Below, one piece after another: positions 40,293 to 53,900 of a stretch of DNA of 64,000 bases. Numbering within the stretch: the first letter of the stretch is position 1; every line of letters starts with the position of its first letter. The stretch comes from Tubiluchus corallicola. Its lineage: Eukaryota; Animalia; Priapulida. Under the pieces are notes generated by a model. It did no database searches. It was not told the DNA's origin and saw only the letters and a list, made by a program, of their open reading frames with translations. The position numbers and the translations under genes were made by a program. The stretch is from NCBI GenBank assembly GCA_030141605.1, contig JAQGDQ010000062.1:434001-498000 (forward strand), read 5' to 3'.

Positions 40293-40379
40293 ATCACCTC
40301 CAAATCACATTCACAATCACTTACACGTTAACATGGCAAGTACAGTTGAGAATATTGAATTCAATGTGAATGACTACTT

Positions 40380-40640
40380 TTGTCCATGTTGAGGGTTAAC
40401 TGTCAGTCTGAACACCTTAGGTGTGATGATGAAAGATCTGCAGCCTGTAATATTGGTCAGCGTCATCTGTTGTTGTGATTCCCTAAGCACTTCGACATCA
40501 TCAGCATACATGTAGAAACTACTATGTGCTACACCATTAGCAGATCGAGTCATTGATGTGTCCCAAGATCGTGTCTTTGGGGGACTTTGCTCACTATCCC
40601 AGCCCAGATAGGTGGGTAAACTATGCAATTCAAAGCAACT
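40380..40640 (-). mobile_element. CR1/L2-like reverse transcriptase remnant
   Basis: Frameshifted VPQ..TILG..HIND followed by FYMYADDVEVLRE. Confidence 0.7.
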
Positions 40641-40738
40641 CAAAGAACTACGATACCTTCTGTTTGTTAAAAACCCAGACACCCACTGAAGAAACTGGTG
40701 TCAAAATCAAGGTGAAACAACTTAATAGATTAACTGAA

Positions 40739-40742
<4 letters not shown>

Positions 40743-40797
<55 letters not shown>

Positions 40798-40830
40798 CCC
40801 CCTCTCCCTCTCTCTCTTCTCTCTCTTCCC
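40743..40830. repeat. (CT)n microsatellite
   Basis: Read directly from the sequence. Confidence 0.95.
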
Positions 40831-41344
40831 TGTTGAAAGATGAAACGACCTTCTATTTGTCCTTGGCAGATTGGTTGATTTTTTTCCTGGAATAGTAGCA
40901 GAACACTGCATAGATCAATAAGATAGTTTGTACAATCACACAAGTGTGCACCAAACTAAGCTACTCAATAGGCAAAGTTGGAGTGCCAGAAAAGGGAGTG
41001 TTTTTCTTAAGTTTATCGATTTAAATCACTTATAAATATTTAAATAAATAGCACAATTGGATAGCCGAGATACCGTTCTCCTGAATAGAACAGTGAGTAA
41101 TTCGTAATCATTTAGTTATGCCTGTGCTCATACTGTAGCAGAAAAGTCGTAGGTCTTATAAGACTATTATGAGTGGGACAGTCCTGAAAGAGTTAAAAGC
41201 CCACAATATCTTCTTGAGATAGAAATATAGCTGCAGACACATTTTTCAGATGTGCGGTTATAGTGGCCACGACACTCAGCCTCGGTTTGATTTCAATTCG
41301 CTTTCCGGTAGACAATGCTCGCAAGGTCTTCTACTGCTGACCAG

Positions 41345-41755
41345 TAGGGGTGACCATTCTCAACTAGAAAGCAAATTCGAATCGAACAGAATTTGTGACG
41401 TTCGAATTCGAATCGGACCTAATTTCAGTATTTCGAATCCGAATCGAATTCGTATTGAGTTTGAAAGATTTTCGAATAAGTTTTCGAAGCACCACCAGTG
41501 AAAGTGGTCTTACAAATTATCATGCACAATACTTGAACTTGTTCTGCGGTAAAACCACTATTACTTTTTTTAAAAATTTTGCACAGATACTGCTGCCAAA
41601 TTGTGCTAATTGCATGCTTTTTGAAACATTTTAATGATAAAGAACGTATGTGGCTGAAGTGCTGAATTATTTGAATTTATGATTTTAGGTTAGAAATAAA
41701 TTCGAAGTAAAAAAACTCGTTCGAATCGAATTCGAACGATCGATGCTCATCCCTA
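41345..41755. mobile_element. hAT (Ac-like) MITE with TTCGAA subterminal repeats
   Basis: TIR TAGGGGTGACC / GCTCATCCCTA with 8-bp flanks CTGACCAG and GTGACCAG. Confidence 0.8.
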
Positions 41756-41978
41756 GTGACCAGTGCGTGACTACTACTTCAGGCAATTTTGTGTGCAGTA
41801 GAAGGCGTCGCGGCTGTAGCACAATGCCTTTAATGCGTTCTTCCTGTAGCATTAACGGGTTAACGCGTCTGCGCCGCGAAAATATTTAATTAGAATTGTT
41901 AAAATATTAGCAAAGAAATTAACAAAATAAGTAATCACATTTATCTTTAAGAGAGTTTTCATTTTGTTTTGTAATAAC

Positions 41979-44900
41979 ATGTATAGAGAACTTTTATTTG
42001 CTCTTAATGGTTACCCAGGTTCTGTATTTAAAAAAGAATGCGCTGATAACAAACATGTTGATCGCTCTGTTGTTTTGAAGCCTGTAAAGGTATAGTCAAT
42101 TATTGTTATTAGATATAATTTTGTAGTGGCTGCATCGAGCGGTCGTATGGTTTTCGCTCTACATCAAAATAAACATGATTGTGCAACTATGTGAACTGTA
42201 AACAGATTTCTATATATTTATTTATTCGCTATTAAGTATAAACCGCTTTACCTTTCCAATTTTTTCAGAATTATTAATATATATTCAAAATTATAATAGA
42301 CTGAATATTCTAGTATTCTAATGTTTATGATCGAAAATACTATAAACTTCAAATTAAAGTGCGCTAGAAACTTTTCGCAAGGATGCCTTGCGCAATAGTT
42401 TCACAACACAATTTACACTAATATAGTAATAGTAAAAGTGCTATATTCTCCTTACAGCAGCATATCGCTTTCGTTTGGTATTACAATATAATTTCATTAC
42501 AGTAAACTTGCTAGGAACCAGAAAAAAGTACTGTATAAACATGTAACCATGGTACTCTATAAGCACATGCCGCCTATAATATGTATACGTTTAAAACGCT
42601 TTTTTCACTTTTCAGGTCATTCAAGGTCTCCCATTTATTCATCCATGTGAAGAAGCCATTTTAAACAGGTTGCTGCAACTTGGAGGGTGGTATATGTACT
42701 TTCAGCAGTTCATAGCTCACTTCAGACATGGAGGCAGGCTGGAGAAAATTGATTGTAATGGTATTAAAAGAAAGTTTTACACTTAAGGGCCATTAGAAAC
42801 TCTGAGCCTAATTTTAGTACATTTCAACAAATATCTTCTCTATAATTGTTTGCTGAAAACATTCTTCGCTCAGCTCATAACATATAACATAAGTTTCATA
42901 GATGAGAATTTTCCGCGGATACACGGAATTCCGAGTTTTTGGAAGACTAGTAGTGCCATTTTTGTAAATCGCATAAATTCGTTGAGGAAATTTTTACAGA
43001 CCCAGTACATTATTTCACAAGCTGACCGCTAGTTGGCAGGCCGTCACTTTGTTTACATCACGTACATCAGTGTAACCACGTATATCTCTATGTATAAAAA
43101 TATATAATCAATTGTGCGGAGTTATTTGAGTCAATTGCAGACAGTTTTTATATACTTTTGCATAGGACCGACCAGTACTTAGGCATTTTTGAGACAATTA
43201 GGTATCATGTATCCTTGATAGTTGGGTATTTTAAATTATGCATGAAACAAGGTAATTGATATTTTAAGTCCACTTAGAGGCTCTTTATGGTCACAAAATT
43301 GCAATTTGTTGCTGGCTCCAAGGGGGCTTTCCCCCTCAACCCCATTGGGGGCCTAGGTGGCCCCCAAAACCCCCAGCCTGTTTCAGAGTTTTTTGCTATT
43401 TGTCATTCTCATCCCTGAAGTTTCTGTTTGCATGCGAAAGGAAAAACAAGCAGAGGCGGTGATGTAGGGAGACCTCGTACATGAAATTTTGAATCATACC
43501 AGGAAATTAAAGCCTTACTAAATATATACTAACTCCGTGCGAGGGATGTCTCAATAAAAAGCTTGTTTTTACAGGTTAGAAACTACAGGTTCATTAGCTA
43601 AACTGGAAACTAAAAACACAGCACAAAGTCTCTCTTAATTTCATATAGTATTACACATCAACATTTATTTATAGATGGCTTACAAGATGGTCGCTACTTG
43701 CGTGCATTGTGCGATGGTCTTGAAAGGGTTTTGCAGTCATACCAAACTGATTTGCTGAAATTAGAGAAGGATTTCATGGCTGACCCATATCTACCAGTTA
43801 CTCATATACAACAAGCTTTAGAGCATGTAAGTATGCCTTTTAGTTAGTCTAATTTATATCATTGCTTAAGCTGTTGCTAGCTTAACAGCTACCAGGTTTA
43901 CTTATATATTAATGGTGCTAGATAAAATTATATCACTTTTGAAATACAATTACCATATTGTAAGCTCCCTATTAGAAATATGATATTAATATGAATCCTT
44001 GTCAGTTTGGCATAGTTGTTTGAAATTAACGTACGTATGCCGGGTAATCTGTTAAATTGCAATAGTATCCGTTAAACTCAGCAATAGCAGTAAAGCAATA
44101 GTTTTTTGCACTTATTATTGCCTCGGGAATGCCGGGGGTTTTTTTAGATGGTTATTAAATGTATGTGAAATTGTCTTGTGAAATTTATCGTACGCCTAAA
44201 CTGGTTTATCACTTAAGAGAATTAGCAAAATCTCATGACTTGGTCTATTATTAGAGCTGTGATACTAGCCTTATTAAAATTCTTATTAAAAATCTAGCAT
44301 TAAGAAAGGGGGGGGGGTTGTTACGTCGAGTTTGATTTGAGACTTTATGCAATTTTTGAATTTTAGGCTGCAAATTAGGCACTAAACTGTTTTTTCTGAT
44401 TAGGCTTTGTTACCTGACAATTTGATAGTGGAAAGGAAGCAATTTTGTATGTCATTCCTGTTTATGATTTATAGAAAAAGGGAAAACAGTTAGGAAATGT
44501 TTGTAATTTTTTAAGATGCATTTGATTATCATGTAAAATGCATTAAAATATTCAATAAATTATTAAATTAATTTTTTTCTTTGTTAATTTTACTATTAAA
44601 AGGGACGCAGTGGTTATTGTGCTAAAATTTGCTATAAACTAAAATACTGCTTAATGAGAATGGCAGTTGAAGATACGATGTCATCCAGTTATCACTATTA
44701 AAACTTATATTTAATATGTTCTATATTTAAAGTTAAATCGTTTAATATTTGGTCTTTTAATGTGCAGTCAAGAAAATAAAGCCTTTTTTAAAAATGTTTT
44801 TTTAAAGTGAAAGTGTTAGTTACATATATAATCTCATTTATAAAAAGATATATTGCTAACCATTACAAATTTAATATCTTTTTTGATATTTTTCTCTAGT

Positions 44901-47900
44901 ATCAGCTTCTCTTTCCTGCATTGTATAATGTGATATCTGACATCACAACAAAGAAGGTATGAATAGAACATTTATTACACCAGTTTATAAGCCTTGGTAT
45001 AACTACCCCTTCACAAACAAGTGCTACAGTATGAATGCAGGAGAGCCGTTTCACTCTTGGACAAAGTTCTAATTCTGAATAGTTTTTCAATGGACAGTAT
45101 TTCTAACAGGTAAAAAATGTAACATGGCACTTCCAAGATGAAATAATGCAACTGTTTTCGGCTTTTTGCATATGTGCAAGTCACATATGTCTCCTAATGC
45201 GTGCTGTATGCTTGATATCCATAGCTAAACTTTGTCCTTTGGAGGCTAGTTGTATCTGGATGCTGAATGCTTTAATGTGTCATTAGCTTTAACCAGAAGT
45301 TAAATGGCCTTTGGTCTTACTTTTTCTCCTTTTAAATCGTGCTGTATCTCATAAAACAATGTATTTGTTACGATTTAGAGATATTATTTTTCTGATCATG
45401 TACAATAATCATTTTTGTTCAATTTTTTATTCCTGCTGCAACTTACTAACAAAATAAGTGCTCTTTAGTATGAAAAAAGATGCAAAGCATCTTAAGTTCA
45501 TATTACTTGGAACAAAGAGATAATGTATGGGTATAAATTTGCTTAGAACAACCAACTTGAAAGCACTGTGAAGCACGCTGAAAGTTTTCGGGTATTTTAT
45601 TTCTGCCATTTTACTTTAATCTGCAAAAAATCTAGTACATGTTTGTTGAACATGTATATCACTTGTCAAGATAACCTTATTTGATTATTTCTTATCCTGA
45701 GTACTATTATTAGATTTGAATGTTTCTACGCTTTTAGTACTTATTATTAGTCCTCTAAGAGTCATAGTTTATACTTCAAGAATTAGTATCTAATAGCTAT
45801 CTACTAAGATGGTTGATTAATCTGCATTTACAGGCACATGGCTGTTGCATCCTTGATGTATTACACAATCATTCTGTTAATGGTGTACAGCTTGTTGCCG
45901 ATAATATAAAAATGTAAGTAGTTTAAATATGCATTACAGTTGTGTAACTATGCAAGCTGTGAAATGCACCTTTCCCAAAATAATTGTCGAACGTTTTAAA
46001 GGGAGAAAATCTTGTAGTGAAATCTATTTAACTTAGCTTCTAATTGCCAAAAAAATGTGCAATGTATGGTTTTGAGAATTATTATAAAAATGTTTGCAGG
46101 AAGCTTAAAATTTACATATTCTTTGACCTAGCATTTCAGTAAAAGAGACATGTTATTTAAATGAAGTATCAAAATTTTATTAGTTATAATCTTAACTTCA
46201 AGATTATATTATGAATGATGGAATATGCCCACAGTTGTTGAATTTTGAAACCAAACTTGCTCCAAAGAAAGGAAAACTGAAAAAGTCAGGTTACAAACCT
46301 GGATTTGCTGCGACACGGCCCCAGTTTTTATTTTTCCTTTCTTTCGAGCAAGTTTGATTTCAAAATTCAACAACCGTGTGTTTATCCCATAGCAACATTA
46401 TTTGTTTATGTATTTTATAATATATTAGAAGTTTACTTTGCTATTAATTGTCTTAACTATCATGTTGTAGAGAACTGTTACTTACCTGTTAGTTCATTTT
46501 GAATTGCTTTACTGTATTTTGTTTTTGAGTTGATACAGACTTATAATTTCCTACTATAACAATTAATTTTAAATAATGTTAAGTCTCTACTAACTGTAAT
46601 TTTAGCATAATGAAGACATGCCATTATGCATTGTATAAACAACTCTATGCCTGGTTGCTGCATGGCTTACTGCTGGATGATCAAAATGAGTTTTTTATTA
46701 AGAAGAACACTGCTGCCATTAAAAAGGTACATGAAAAGGTACACTGGTTGACAGTATTAGAAGTAAAAATTTTGCATGTGATATATACAGGTTTACATTA
46801 TCTATCGGTGACTGTACATGGGTTACAAATAATACAATTTAATATTACAGTTTCAAAGAATGTGGTCACATCCACAATACTGCATGGTAATTGTTACTGT
46901 CTTTCATAGATGATAAACTACTAGAAAATTTGATAATTTGCATTGGAGTGATTACTAAAAGCTTATGGACGATTTTTTTAGGTTTTTTTATTAGTGTTAA
47001 AAAAATCCTTGTATTTAACAAAACTTGGTAAATTCGACTTGCAATATGTTAGCTATAAGGAATATGTGAAGACTTGTATAGCTAATTTTACATGGTGTGC
47101 AACCTAGTTTTAGTTACGTTTAATTGTTACAAGTAAAACTAGTTTGCCAAAGACCAGTTACGTGTGTCAATTTTCATTCAAAAAGAATTTTCCCTTTGAA
47201 ACAATACCTGAGCATACAAAATTGGATCGTATCTCAGGCAGAAAATTGCGGTGTCTTAAGCTAACTCCAGTATCATGACTATCCCAGTAACTTTAGTATC
47301 ATTTATGCAAGGTTTCATTAAAATCCATGCCGCGCATAAAGAGCAATTAGACAAATAAACTGGTAAACTTGTCTATGTTGTAAAGTTTGTGATTATGTCA
47401 TTGTGGTACTTTAGTCTTGTGCATACTTGTCATGGCTTTGTACAGCCTTGCTTGTCATAGCTCTGTACAGTCTTGCTTGTCATGGCTCTGTACGGTCTTG
47501 CTTGTCATAGCCCTGTACAGTCTTGCTTGTCATAGCTCTGTACGGTCTTGCTTGTCATAGCTCTGTACGGTCTTGCTTGTCATTGCTCTGTACGGTCTTG
47601 TTTGACATAGCCCTGTACAGTCTTGCTTGTCATAGCTCTGTACGGTCTTGCTTGTCATAGCCCTGTACAGTCTTGCTTGTCGTGGCTCTGTACAGTCTTG
47701 CTTGTCATGGCTCTTTTAATCATCGTAATGAATGTCTTAATTTTAACGTTTCTAGTCTTTGAATGCATCTGACGTACAGAAAGATGACTGTCACTTTTCA
47801 CCAGCTGGAGAGTGCATCCTGGATGCCGGCATGTTGCCTTCATATTTTACAATACGAGTAGCTGAACAAGTGCTTTTCATTGGAGAATCAGTGCAGTTAT

Positions 47901-50900
47901 TTAGTGATCAGAAACGAAAGCACAAAGGTATAAATCTGAAAATCTGAAACATTTTCCCCACACTAATATGATAAAATTGTGCTGCTTTCTATGTGTTAAG
48001 TTCTTTATAAAATTGAAGTAATGTTCTACTCTAGTATCGCAGTTCAACTAGTTTACTATGACATGTGTTCTGATTGAAAATGTATGCATGAGACAAGCTA
48101 AACATAATCTCGTACTTCAGATTAATTTTTGTCAATGCCGTTCTTTTTTCAGGATCACTGGACACCATATTTAAAGCACGTGAACGAGAGTTTGCAAGAG
48201 ATATACAAGAATTACAAGAAAGGGATGAATTTTCACTGTCAGAATTTGAGCAAATCATTGGGAAGATACGGAATTGTATAGCTGAGGTAATTTTCATTAC
48301 TCTGCATGCCACTGTGTAGGAAGAATTGAAATTAAATGTCATCTTATTGCAGGTAGCCTCAAATTGTTGCATACTTTGATGCTTATTTGACAAGATTTAG
48401 AAATGCACACCACAGTCTCGTCCTGCAGAATTATTTCTTAATTCAACAAACATCTTATAATAATAAGTAACGTGTCGTTTACTCATGATAAATTACATTG
48501 CTTAATGTACACAATACATGCTGTACCTAGTTAAGGAGTGGTGCTCCAAAAAAAACAATACACTAACAAAAAACCTGATCGTGAATCTTGAATCTCAATA
48601 TTAAACCATGCGCTATCTAATAAGTGTGTTCATTCCAAATTATATGCATTAGGAAAATTGGAATAATGATGTAAAAATGCATAAATCAAAAATACGAAAA
48701 AGTTCTGTCATCATGCTGTCATAATGTACAATTCCATTTCGTTTTGTCATTCTACCATACGGTTTCTTTTGGAAAACCATGTGCATCAGTGTGTACATGT
48801 CGTTAGAAAATTAATGAGGTTCAAACAATAAGGTATAATATAGGACTTCAAATGGGAAATTAATGGCATTTCTACTAACAAGAAAGCAAATAACATAATG
48901 GGTATCTCTTCATCGAGCTAAGAAATAATCTCAATTCTCTTTAGATGGATTATCTTAATGTACTTATCATATTAATAGATATTGTCTATTGCCGTGTTGA
49001 GATATGAAACGTAGGTGCTTAGTTGTATTAAGACAGTATGTACTAGAGTTAATGGGGTTTATATCACTTTTTGAAACTTGGAAATGGCAAATTTTCTTCT
49101 TGATTCGAGTCTTGATTAAACCGAAGTCTAATTTCAGTAATGTCACATTTTGGAATATTAAATACCTGCTCTTTGATGGCTAAGGTTGCAAATTTTTTAT
49201 TTTCATTTATTTTTTATGAATTTACTAACAACTTGTGATTGATGTTTTAATTAATTAAGCACATAAGTGAAAAGAACGTTATAACTACTGTATTGAAAGA
49301 ATTATTAGATTTAAAGCTTCTCGCTGTGCAGGAAAAACATTACTTTGAAAAAAGTATAGTCAAACAATGTTTTCTTTCAATCTTCTCACTTTTCACAAAT
49401 TGAGAATTCCTCAGTGCCATTTATTAATGTTATGTTAAGCTTGCCATTATCTTGCCTTGTCATAAGTTTGAATGATATAATAAAGAGGGATATTGGTTGG
49501 TTCCTTGGCACACAGTTATTAAATTCCTCACAATCATCATGGCTCTTATATACAATAATTATGCTTGTTTTTATAACTTTATATTACAATTTATCGTACT
49601 CTAAAGGTTGATGTGCACCACCAACACAGATGCGTCTGAAAAAACCCAGATGTCAGTGGTGTATGTCAATCTTTACAGATGTATTTGATGACTTATCTGT
49701 AAGGTGTAGACCAGGGGTGTGCAAATTATCTGACTAGCCGGGCCACATTAAACTTTCCCGCAATTCCTGCGGGCCACAGGCAGTTTGATCAAGGAGCCAA
49801 GTACAGAAAGGCCTAATAATGATTTTTTTGCATACGACCTGCGTACATCATTACTACTACGCTCAAGAAACTATTTTAGAAGTTATTAAAATTTATATTA
49901 CAAACCATATATTTCTACTTTCAGGACAGATAGTGGTAATTTCATTACAATGCATATTAGTAATGTGTATCACACAGTCTGTGTAGTACAGTGACATTAC
50001 GATACAACCGTCTTGTAAGGGTTAATGGCATCCGTTCTAGTAGAAAAAACTACCTGCAGTATCTTTGGGATCGTAGCACGGACTTCAGCTGGATACACTC
50101 AATTCATCGCCCGGGCCGCACTTTCATTAGGTTGATAAATCTCTTCGCGGGCCACACAAATCCTCTTGGCGGGCCGCAATTTGCACACCCCTGATGTAGT
50201 CTGTAGGCCATGCAATTAGTAATATATCAAACTGATTTATTTTTACGACAATAATATTGTTTGCTATTTTTTGCGCACCTTGGCGTGTTTGCTGTGTGTA
50301 AGTATTCAATTTTGCACTTATGCATTACTACAATAAAAAATACTTAATGTAAAGCATAGCTGTTGCTGAGCTACTTAGTAATTGTGTCTTCTTGTTCTTG
50401 TCTTTCTTCTGTTAGCAGGGCCGGATTAAGGTGTGTTGGTGCCCTAAGCACAACCAGCATCTGGTGCCCTGGCTCTCTTCACGGCACAAAGCTTGCCTGT
50501 TATGTGATACTAATTATGTAACCTATAAAACAAACTCCATTGCTCTGTATAGGATTTTTACCACTTAAATTCTTTATTTACCTAAAAATGAAATTTTAAT
50601 TAAATAACTCAGCGACAAAATAAGAAGGTATGATCTGAACGGCAAAAAGCCCAGAATGGTATTAATGAGGACATTAAAATGACCGTACTGCATGAGCCAT
50701 TGATGGTGATATTTCCTGCTGCAGGACCTTAGCTGTTGCAGATGTTGTGGTTACCTACTTGCCATGATAATAGGTGAAAACGTTGTGATAAAAGGTGAAG
50801 ATCCTTCTGTCATGCTATATAATGATATGAAAAACAACCCAGGCAAAGTTCCTCATTCTTCTGTAGCTCTCTTCTTCATATTTTAAACTGTGAAAGACTT

Positions 50901-53900
50901 TTATGGTCTTTAACATACTTTATTAAAATTTTATGTTTTCATTTTTTTGCCAATTTGTGTCCCCTGAGACTTGGTGCCTTAAGCACGTGTTTAATCTGCT
51001 TATGGGTTAATCCGGCCCTGTCTGTTGGGTTATCTTCATTGTAGTTTGTAGTTCGTCTTTCCCAATTACATTTCATTGGTATGGAGTTTGCTTTCCTGTT
51101 TTTCCTTGTGTGTTTATTTTCGATTTTTCCTTGCTTACTTTTTCAATATTTTGTTTCTGCTTGACTTTTATTGTCAATTTTGTGCACATTTTGCCTTTTG
51201 CTCTTTTTTTTTCTCCTACTTTCCCCATGCTTGTGTTCATTTTTTTAATATCTTATTAAATCTTTTCAACTGGAAATTTTTTTGAATAGGACAGGCTACA
51301 AAAGATAAAATATTAGGAGTATTTATTTTGTACTATTTAAAATACTTTGCAATTGCTTGTTTACGAGAGGTATTACACCTGATAATATTCAGAATTCATT
51401 GACATACACATAAATAGTTGTTTTTCATTCTTCAGCGGTTATGGCAGTTGGTTGTTGAAGAAGCCGAATTGATAACGCACCTAGAGCTTGTGAAGAACAT
51501 GTTCCTTCTTGGACGTGGGGAACTTTTTCTTGCATTTATTGACGCAGTGGATCACAAGCTATCAGCTGTACCGTCGTCGAATACAGAGCATGGTATGGTA
51601 TTCATTAGTTACTGTTGTTCTCGTTTATTTTTTAAAGATAATTAATTAATGATGAATCATGACCCTCAGAGCCAAACTTGGTTTTACCTGATTAGTGAGG
51701 AATAGTTAACTAACTTTAGTTAATAGAAATAGCTAAATGTCATCTGAGTTTACGTGTGCCACTTATTCATGGGGATTGTGTGCGCGTTAGTAACTCTCTT
51801 CTTTCTGATAAAGGCACAGTTTAACTTATTGTGTATATAAAATAACCTCAGTTTTAAAGGCAAGTGAGCTTGTGTACTGAATGGCATAATCTGTAATGAA
51901 CGAGTTGTTTTATGAGACAGTCCAGTCTGTTGTACAACAGCATGTTTTCTGTGGTGATATGTATTGCATTGATAGTACACCCTTTCTTATGATAAAGATC
52001 AGAGGTAGTGGTGGGACCAGTTAATCGTAATAATCAATTCGAGCATTAATTATAATCTATTCGGGCTTTTATTTTTGATCAACGATTATTTTTTCAGCTA
52101 CTCAATTACCAATGCTATTTGCACTTTTTTCAAAAAGTCACGCAATAAACATAGCTATCTTCGTCGTCCATTGTTAAATCGCCTGTGCAAAATCTAAACA
52201 TGTTAACTGGGATTCCGGCTGGCTTTATTGCTTGTTGAAGAGGTATCTTCACTGGATTATCATAGGTAGTCTAAGCATGTGCCCAATCCATCTTAAATGA
52301 CACCCTTTTATTTTTCTTGTCCAAGGTTCCTCTTATATTTTTTCATACAGATCATCATTTGAAATTTTTCGAATTTCTTTCATTTTTTAAATAACCAACG
52401 TTGCGGTGAAACCAAGCAGTATGGCACTCGTTTGCGAAGTAATTTATTGCCTTGTGATGCTGCTTATGCGTGACGGCTCGTAAGCACAAACACATGATTT
52501 TGTAAACAAAAATAAGTATATATAAGCACGTAAATAATGACATCAGTTTTGTTGGAGTATTGGATTCTTTACTTTATATTTTACTTCTACCAATATTGTA
52601 ATTAAAACAGCAATGGTTAAGATCGCAAACCTGTTACACTCAAAGTGTTATTTGTTTATAATTTCGAAATTACTAATTTTTTATGCCTAAAAACCAATTG
52701 TAATTGATTATGAAAATGAAACGGATGTCCCACCACTAATCAGAGGTGTTGCTATCTGAAAAATATTAATGTTTAATCTAATCGCTTTTTGATAAAATTT
52801 TCTAACATTTAAGGCAGTGGTTCCCAAACTTTCTCGGACCGTTACCCAAATCGGGAAACCCGGTCGTGTCCATTACCCCCCCCCCCACCTAGTACTACTT
52901 CAGCTCAAAAAGTAAACACACGTATATGCCACAAGCAAGCGAAATTATTTATGTTTGCTCGTGACATAAATAAATTTGCAGGTGTTGTTGTTGTATTTTT
53001 GCCAGTCTCTTCAAGAAGAAAACTACATAAAATGCATTCCGAGCGAAGTTTTAAAAATTTTCAGAGGGGTACCCGTTACCCCCCAAAAAAACATATTACC
53101 CCCGGGGGGTAATTTACCCTACTTTGGGAACCACTGATTTAAGGCAATGCCATTAATATTGCTATTTGTAAAAGGATTACCGTGCTATATTTTTCTGGTT
53201 TGTAAGTAAGTATAAGCTTAATAAGTGATACATTGCTAAATTGTATACAGAGCTAAATTGTACACTTCTTATTTGATTTTTCTTAATTTTCAGCTTTTTG
53301 CATTTTTAGATATAAATACAGCATTTCAACAAGTTACTCGTAACATTATTGAAGGTGATGATTGTTTGCTTGATCCATTCCATTTCACTCTGCCAGCAAA
53401 TGGTAAACCTTCCACAAAATAGTATATAATCATCTGCAAGTGCAGTATTAACTTTAACAATGTAATGTTTATATAAGTAATACAGGTGTATGCCTAGCAA
53501 TTGTAGCCAGCTAAAGCTACCACATGTTAAAAATTTACTCTTCTGTTTATTATTAGCCTTTCATGAGCAGATTTTGACTTAAATATTAAATTGTGCTTCA
53601 TTACTTAAACCAAAATTTTAGTGGAATCAATGATTTTAAGTATCACAATGCAGATGGAATTTGCTTACATCTCATCTGCTTACATGAAGCATGGGCTGAC
53701 GTAAGACTCATGAACAGCGATTTCAGTACCCACGCAAAATTTTTTATAGCAAGTATAACTGGAAAATAAACATTAAGTGAGTGCCGAGAAAATACTAACC
53801 AGACAAATTTGAGTTTCGTTTGAAGCACTGTTGGTGGCAGACAGAGAGAGCTTTAGATTTCTTGCTTTTGACTGCATAGCTTACAGGATAGCATCCCTGC

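Noticed and set aside
49991-50194. Repeated 67-aa ORF (also at 58267-58470)
   Set aside because: Lies within MITE copies, starts at a non-ATG codon and has no transposase motifs.
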